Positions 56,651 through 64,000 of a stretch of 64,000 nt of DNA are shown in pieces. Each line of letters starts with the position of its first letter. The first letter of the stretch is position 1. This DNA comes from Malacoraja senta (Eukaryota). The notes beneath the pieces are model-generated. The model was not told the DNA's origin. It saw nothing but the letters and a program-made list of their open reading frames with translations, and ran no database searches. A program made the translations under genes and the position numbers. The stretch covers positions 124,001-188,000 of the forward strand of contig JAXLNO010000618.1 in assembly GCA_038087875.1 (NCBI GenBank). The letters are read 5' to 3'.

Positions 56651-59066
56651 CTATATTCGGTATCAAGCAGCATCTGTAGTTCCTTCCAACACGAAACGTT
56701 ATCAATGTATTTTTGTCTCCATTGTTTCCACTGGAAACTTAATGAAGCTTAATTACCAGCATCTGCCATTTTACCCATTTGGGCTTTCTTCTTTGTTGCC
56801 TGGTCAATCTAATGTATCCATGCTAATGTGGATTTTATTTTTCCCATTTCTCCGGCAATCCTCTGGGACTGATTGAGGATGTTCAACGTCCTCGCCGTTC
56901 TGTTGCCCGCTGAATTAATTGACTGCCTAGTGAGGTACAAATGAGTTAAAACCATTCTACCGAGAAGCAGGAGGTAAGTGGGTCAAGAATGAAAATGTTG
57001 GCGTACAGATGAGTCGTTTCAGTCAAGGCAAACCGACTGAATGTGGTTGTGAAATCCCAGATTACAGCAGTGACAATATTCCAGAGGCAGATTCCACAGA
57101 GGAATGGTCCTTCCCCGTGTAATTGTGTGCGGTTAATTCTCCAATGGTCCGGGCCCAGGGTTTTCAAAGTGGCTGTGTTCAATGCAACACTTGCCAACTA
57201 GCAATTTACTGCAGCATTTCCTTTGCAAATTATTTAGTGTCCCTGTTCCGTTCAAGATCACACGACGATCAAACATGCTTAAGTATAATTTTACCGATCA
57301 TCACCACTTCAAATGGTGACATTTGTTTTAGAGAAATGCAAGGTGGTTATGCGGGTTATTCTCAGAGGCTGTGAAGGTCTTGGTGCACGCTGTGAGGTTG
57401 AACTTGGAGAACACTGCAAGGTGCAGGAACAATTTGGATGCGAATGAAAATATTGGCTGGAGGTTCCTCCTTGAGTGAAATTAAAAGCTCGTGAGAAAAT
57501 TTGCATTCAATATTGTACTAAGTTTGAAAATAATGTATGATCCTGATTATCAAATGCACCTCATTTGTAACCCCCTAAACCCACCGTGATCTGATACATT
57601 TGGATATAGATTTAAATTGCAGGACCAGCTATAATGGTATATGGACATATAATGGTATATGGACACACTGATCTGTTTTGTAGTCAATGCCTACTATGTT
57701 CTGTTGTGCTGAAGCAAGAATTTCATTGTCCTATCAGGGACACATGACAATAAACTCACTTGAACTTGTGCTAAAGCTTTAACATCGCTGCAAGGCGTGA
57801 ATATTGACAATGTTCCCTTCGTTACAAAACTGCAGATCCCTCGTTTGCCATTATCTTAGACATTTGCCACCCACTAATATCATTTAATATAAGGAGGTTC
57901 CAAGTCTAAACTTATCCAATATATTTGTGATCTCAGGATATTCCCGATTTGGTTTGTCCAAATTAGCTTTTACAAGATGATTTTTAATCTGAGCCAAACA
58001 TTATGAACACAAATGGTGTCTGAACCCTGAGCTGGAAAGAAAGAGGAAGGGTGTTTGCCCTTCCAAAGAAACTGTGTGAGACTGTGAATCTCAGTGTGTC
58101 GCCGTGCTTGGAGCTTTGTTGCTCAGTCTCTGTACTCATTCACCATCAGTCTCTTCTCACAAGGTAGGTGACCTCACTGCAGTCTCACTTCATGTCAAAG
58201 TGGTTTAAAAGGTATCCACAAACTGAACAATGTTGGATGTCCTGTAAACTGTGATATATCACTCATTCAATCAATTTGTTCCACTTTAGATTTGACAAGG
58301 GCATACAAACTTTATTAATTTCATTTTGTCTCCTTTGTTTCTCACAGCTAAATGACCAGCATATGCCATTTTCCCACTGGTTTCAATAGACAATAGAGAA
58401 TAGGTGCAGGAGTAGGCCATTCAATTTGATCATGGCTGATCTTCCCCAATCAGTACCCCGTTCCTGCCTTCTCCCCATATCCCCTGACTCCGCTATCTTT
58501 AAGAGCCCTATCTAGCTCTCTCTTGAAAGCATCCAGAGAACCGGCCTCCACCGCCCTCTGAGGCAGAGAATTCCACAGACTCACAACTCTCTGTGAGAAA
58601 AAAGTGTTTCCTCGTCTCCGTTTCCTAGTCAATCTAAATTGAATACTTTTTTCCCGTTTCGCCGACAAAGTCCTGGGACCGTTTGAGAATATTGAATGTC
58701 CCTTGCCATTCTGTTGCCTTCTCTGTTCATTGACTCACTAGCGAGGTCTGATTTAGTTGAGAATATTTTACCGAGTGGTAGGGGGTAATTGAGCCAAACA
58801 TTAAAAAAGACGGAGTTCAGATGAGTGATTTGGGACAAGGCAAACCGATAGCGGTTGAATATGGTGGTGAAATCCCAGATTACTGAAGTGACAATATTCT
58901 AGCGGCAGAGTCCACCAAGCGAATGTATTTTCCCCGTGTAATTGTGTGCGGCCAATTCTAATGTGCCCCAGGGTCAGGAGTTTCAAACTGGCTGTACTCA
59001 ATACAACATTTGCCAACTACCAATTTACTGATCCTTAGTCTAAAACTGCACCTTATTTCCAAACAG

Positions 59067-59166
59067 AGAATGCACAAAATGAGGCCGAGGTTTCTCTGCA
59101 GCAGTTTGCCACTTGGTTTGATGTTCGGTTTCTTTGTTTTCCTGCTTCGACCAGTTTCCACACAGA
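59067..59166 (+). CDS. Leader exon, copy 2
   Basis: ATG 59070; same peptide as copy 1; donor GTAAGT at 59167. Confidence 0.85.
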
Positions 59167-62100
59167 GTAAGTACTTTCTCTACGCCGGTCACAATCACCT
59201 TGCATTAATTATCATTGTCCGTGTAAACCCGCACCCATTGTCAATCTCGCTTTCCTCTCCACGTCCCTGAATGTGCTGCTGCCTCACAAATCCACGCCAT
59301 CCTTGCTGGACCTCCATTTCCGAGCCCATCCCATCAACCCCCTCTCCTTCTCCTGCACCGACACGGTCCTTATCAAAGTCATAAATGGCCTCCTGTGAGC
59401 TTGTTGCAGAGTTAAACTCTCCCTCCTCATCCCGCTCAGCCTCTGCAGCCTTTGACACGGTTGTCCACATCATCCTCCCCAACATCTCCTCACCACAGTC
59501 CAGGTGGGTGGAACTGCCCTCGACTTATCGATCCAGTCACAGCCCGAGAACCACGCACAATGTCTTCACTTCACGCTCCCACAAAGTTCCTTCAAAACCA
59601 GGTGGAGTTTCTCCACTACCCCCAAGACAACCCCCTATCCCCACCTCCGTCTCCCTCCCTCCCACTCACTCACTTCTCTCATGTGATGAAATATCCCTGC
59701 ATCAATCAGGCCAGGTTATTCCAGACAGACATCTCTTCACAAACCGTGTCTTCCTCGCTGGAGTTTCCAAGGAAGATCACAACTGCCTGGAATTAAATTC
59801 AGTTCAAAATTAATGATTACAGATATGGGGTGGGTGGGGAAAATGTGGTTTAAATATTAATTCTTCATTGTTCGTATTCGCAACAGCAAACAGAAATCGA
59901 ATGTATTTCTTGGATAACCGAGGCGACATTGTGTTAAACGGACCGGACAATGCTGAGAAAGACACTGTTGTTGTCTGGGAATGGAAACCACACTCAGGGA
60001 AGGAAATTGGAAAATTGTCGACTTTTAGAAGAACGAGTGACTATTGGATCAAAGTGAAGGCCGCTGGCGAGAGTAAAGTGGACTTGTACCCGGGGATGTA
60101 TGTGAATCCCTATACCCTTGATCTGACAATTGATAAACCCACATTTAAATGGGCGGGAATTTTCACTTTGACTCAAACAGAACCGAGAAAGCAAATCCTG
60201 AAACAATATGAAATATTTGGGATGAAAGGTGAGTGGGTGCGATAAGGATCAATAATGTTTAATTTATCTCTGTAAATATTGTCACCTATAATGATGAGAG
60301 ATGGCGGGAATTGTGAGACTTCTTCCACCCGGTGAAAAGTTAAACAACTGGGGAAGTGTTTTTGTTCATTGATTCTGTAATGATCAGCAGGGGTGATAAT
60401 AGTTTGAAGACTTCACTGGGAACAGCAAATCAATGAATCGACCCGCAGCGAATACCATGGTCTTCTTGCCTGCACACGGTAAGGTGATCGCGGCAAGGTG
60501 GTATGAAACCAATGTCTCCCTGCAGTGGCCCCGGGGTGACACTGCTACTTAATGTTACCCTGTGACCAGGTGGATGGAAGTCCATCGCCTGTGGAACATG
60601 GGCTCTGCCATAGAGTTCACCTCTTGAGAGCAATCAGATACACCTAGAAGGAGTGGAAATAGATGCATTTTCAACAGTTTGTGAATATTTGAAAGAGAGC
60701 ATGTGTAAATACAACAACGCCTGTATGTTGCCGGTTCCACCTGCAGTCACACGGTGAACAGCCGGCATTTCACTGCGTCAATATGACCAGCCACGGGTGT
60801 CAGGGGTCTGAGAGCACTGGGGGAGAAGTTGTTCTGACTTTCAGCTAGGCTGTCAGCTTTAAGCCCGGTTATTGGATGAACCATGAGATCCGCACTCTTC
60901 TGAAGTCCAGATTCCGGGCATTCACGTCTGGAGATGCAGTGGTCTACAAGAAGTTCAGATACGACCTTGGTAAGGCCAACAAAAGTCCAAAAGGGACTTC
61001 TGCTCCAAGCTGGAGGATGAGACGGATGTTCGGCAACTGTGGTAGGGCTTGAATGCCATCACCTCCAACAAGGCAAAATCAGGAGGCAGCTCAAATGTCA
61101 GCGAAACATCACTCCCTGATGAGCTCAATGCGTTTTACGCACGTTTTGATAGGGAGAACACCGATGTGCCTTCCATTCGCTGTGATGGTATTTCAGTCTC
61201 AGTCACAGAGGCCGACGTCAGGAAATCCTTCAGAGGGGTGAACCCTCGAAAAGCGCCTGGACCTGATGGTATACCTGGTCGTGTTCTAAAAACCTGTGTG
61301 GACCAACTGGCTGGAGTTTTTACGGACATTTTCAACCTCTCACTTCTGAGGTCTGAGGTTCCCACCTGCTTTAAAAGGGCATCAATTATACCAGTGCCTA
61401 AGAAGAGCAAGGTGACGTGCCTCAATGACTATCGACCTGTGCCACTAACGCCTGTGGTGATGAAGTGCTTTGAGAGGTTGATCATGACGCAGATAAACTC
61501 CTACCTCGACAAAAACCTGGACCCACTGCCGTTCGCTTACCGCCACAACAGATCAACGGTGGATGCGATCTCGCTGGCACTCCACTCCGCTCTGGACCAC
61601 TTGGACAACACAAACTCATATGTCAGGCTGTTATTCATCGATTACAGGTCGCCATTTAACACAATCATCCCCTCCAAGCTGGTTACCAAACTCTCAGATC
61701 TGGGTCTCTGCGCATCCCTCTGCAATTGGATCCTCAACTTCCTCATTCACAGACCACAGTCTGTTCGTATTGGTGGAAATGTGTCAGACTCGATAACAAT
61801 CAGCACGGGAGCACCTCAAGGCTGCGTGCTCAGCCCCCTGCTGTACTCACTCTATACTCATGACTGCGTAGCCGGACATAGTGCGAACTCCATCATCAAG
61901 TTCGCTGATGACACCGCTGTTGTGGGACGTATCACTGATGCGGACGAGTCAGAGTATAGAAGTGAGATCGACCGATTGACCAAATGGTGCCAGCACAATA
62001 ACCTGGCCCTCAACACCAGCAAAACCAAGGAATTTGGAAGGGGTAGGATGGGGGCCCACAGTCCCGTTTATATCAACGGGTCGATGGTGGAAAGGGTCAA

Positions 62101-63063
62101 GAGCTTCAAATTCCTGGGCGTGCATATTTCTGAAGATCTCTCCTGGTCCCAGAACACTGATGCAATTATAAAGTGAGCTCATCAGCGCATCTACTTCCTG
62201 AGAAGATTACGGAGAGTCGGTTTGTCAAGGAGGACTCTCTCGAACATTTACAGGTGCACAGTAGAGAGCATGCTGACTGGTTGCATCGTGGCTTGGTTCG
62301 GCAACTTGAGCGCCCAGGAGCGGAAAAAGCTACAAAAAGTAGTAAACACTGCCCAGTCCATCATCGGCTCTGACCTCCCTTCCATCGAGGGGATCTATCG
62401 CAGTCGCTGCCTCAAAAAGGCTGGCAGCATCATCAAGGACCCACACCATCCTGGCCACACACTCATCTCCCCGCGACCTTCAGGTAGAAGGTACAGGACC
62501 CTGAAATCTGCAACATCCAGGTTCAGGAACAGCTGCTTCCCCACAGCCATCTGGTTATTAAACACAACTTCAAACAAACTCTGAACTATAACAGCCTATT
62601 GCACTTTATCTGTTTATTTATGTGTGCATATATGTATATATATTCTATGGTACATGGACACACTGATCTGTTCTGTATTTATGCCTACAATATTCTGTTG
62701 TGCTGCAGCAAGCAAGAATGTCCTTGTCCCATCTGGGACTTGACTTGTACAAACCACTACTCACTCTGAATCTCATTGATCTGTTTTTCACAGTTGAGGC
62801 AAGTCCACAGAGGCCTCTGCTGGGCAGTGACGTCACACTCAGCTGCACCATCTCCAGACTCTCAGATACAGTCAGTCTTCACTGGAGACCCATGGACTCA
62901 CCCCAGCAGAACAGGAGCGACACTGATCAGATCCGCCTGGATAACACGGTCTATCTGATGGTTCAACACGTTACAGTGGGGGATGGGAAGCTGTATGTGT
63001 GTGATGTGCAGGAAAACGGAAACATTGTTCACACAAGTAATGGAGATTTTACTGTAGTCAACG
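59070..63063 (+). CDS. Copy 2 of the Ig receptor gene, 5' part only (leader, domains 1-2); continues beyond the window
   Basis: Exons 59067-59166, 59887-60228 and 62794-63063 have the same lengths, phases and splice sites as copy 1 and are open. Confidence 0.85.
59887..60228 (+). CDS. Ig domain 1 exon, copy 2
   Basis: 342 nt, open, 12 amino-acid differences from copy 1. Confidence 0.88.
60840..62770 (+). mobile_element. Rex1/Babar-type LINE, duplicate copy
   Basis: Same position in copy 2; ORF 61049-62176 with GAPQGCVLSP and KFADDT; different lesions from copy 1. Confidence 0.88.
62794..63063 (+). CDS. Ig domain 2 exon, copy 2
   Basis: 270 nt, open, 3 amino-acid differences from copy 1. 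Confidence 0.9.
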
Positions 63064-64000
63064 GTGAGTGTAAACACCTCCCATTGGATATCAAGTAGAC
63101 ACTTGTATCACGGTGCTTCTTGTAATATTATGTGTGTGCCCTGTGAAGAATTGTGGCAGTGACCAACTGCTCTCCAGTATAAAATGCTGCAATGATCAGG
63201 CAGAAGTTTACAGAAAGTCTCTCTCTCTGTGGAGAAGCTGCCTGCTTGTCTCTGTGTGACAGACACACAGCACAGGAGGGGGATGTCTTTCTGTAACCAT
63301 TCTTCAGTCAAGTATTTTGTCAGTTTATCTTGCCATCAATGCTCCAGTATCTGAGACTGAGATACTGATACAGGACTCATGTCAAAGTGTCAGATAGAAA
63401 GTGTAGCCACCATGACAACCACCAGCACTTGCTGCTCACACTCACACTGGGGGTCCCGGCCCACACATCAGCACTGAACAACAATCCATCCCCTCTCCCC
63501 TCACTGACCCTTCTCTCCGAGTCTGGTGTTGCTTGAAGTGATTCCAGCTGCTGCAGACTCGGGCTTCGGATCAGCATTCAGCTGGGAGCAGGACCCGGGA
63601 ACAGGGAATCAATGGGTGTGAATGGGAGAGGGATGGTGGGAATAATGGGAATGAAGGGACGGGAAGACCCGACCCACTTGAAGTGCCAACCTGTCCGGGT
63701 CAGTCCCCGCGCAGGCATCCTCTGGGCTGCTTCTGTCCGCAGCCTGAACCTGCACCACCTCCTGCAGACAGACTGACAGAGACATTCACCTCCCAGACCG
63801 CTCTCGGGAGTCTCCGGGAGGTTTCATTCCATCCCGGGAGATTCCCGGACAGTCCGGGTGTGGGGGCGAACCTAATGTTGAAATGTAGAGTGGAATATCC
63901 AAACTTCACTGCAATTTACTGCCGTACAGGACATTGTATTTTATAAAGATCTGATGAGTTTAGTGCGGCATTCATGAAAGATGTTACATTTGAAACTTGA

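Larger units (their letters stand above)
55525..64000 (+). repeat. Segmental duplicate of 1-8492
   Basis: Collinear match including SINE, L2, Rex1 and exons; offset 55508-55535 depending on indels. Confidence 0.95.

Overview
Vertebrate genomic DNA, most likely a cartilaginous fish (skate/ray-like, inferred from HE1-like SINEs and a CR1/Rex1/L1/BEL repeat mix). The main content is a + strand, 11-coding-exon type I membrane immunoglobulin-superfamily gene that I spliced by hand: leader 3055-3154, eight Ig exons 4352-15079, TM exon 21556-21663, last exon from 21901, about 887 aa. Its ectodomain is a four-domain CD4/LAG-3-like module (cysteine-less V, C2, V, C2 with WxC) repeated twice. The best-spliced cytoplasmic tail is very short. 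A second, closely related copy starts about 55.5 kb downstream (1-8492 matches 55525-64000) and runs off the window. Its membrane-distal domain differs mostly by clustered amino-acid-changing substitutions. A truncated third leader exon lies at 49901. A 145-N assembly gap (32643-32787) separates the copies, so copy 2 could be an uncollapsed allele. The intergenic region holds a deleted BEL/Pao element carrying a tRNA-Asp copy with CCA, CR1/L1/Rex1/Gypsy pieces, solo LTRs, a Harbinger-like MITE and several minisatellites, including a 4.5-kb 34-bp array with higher-order structure. All splicing, alignments and counts were done by eye; no database searches were run.
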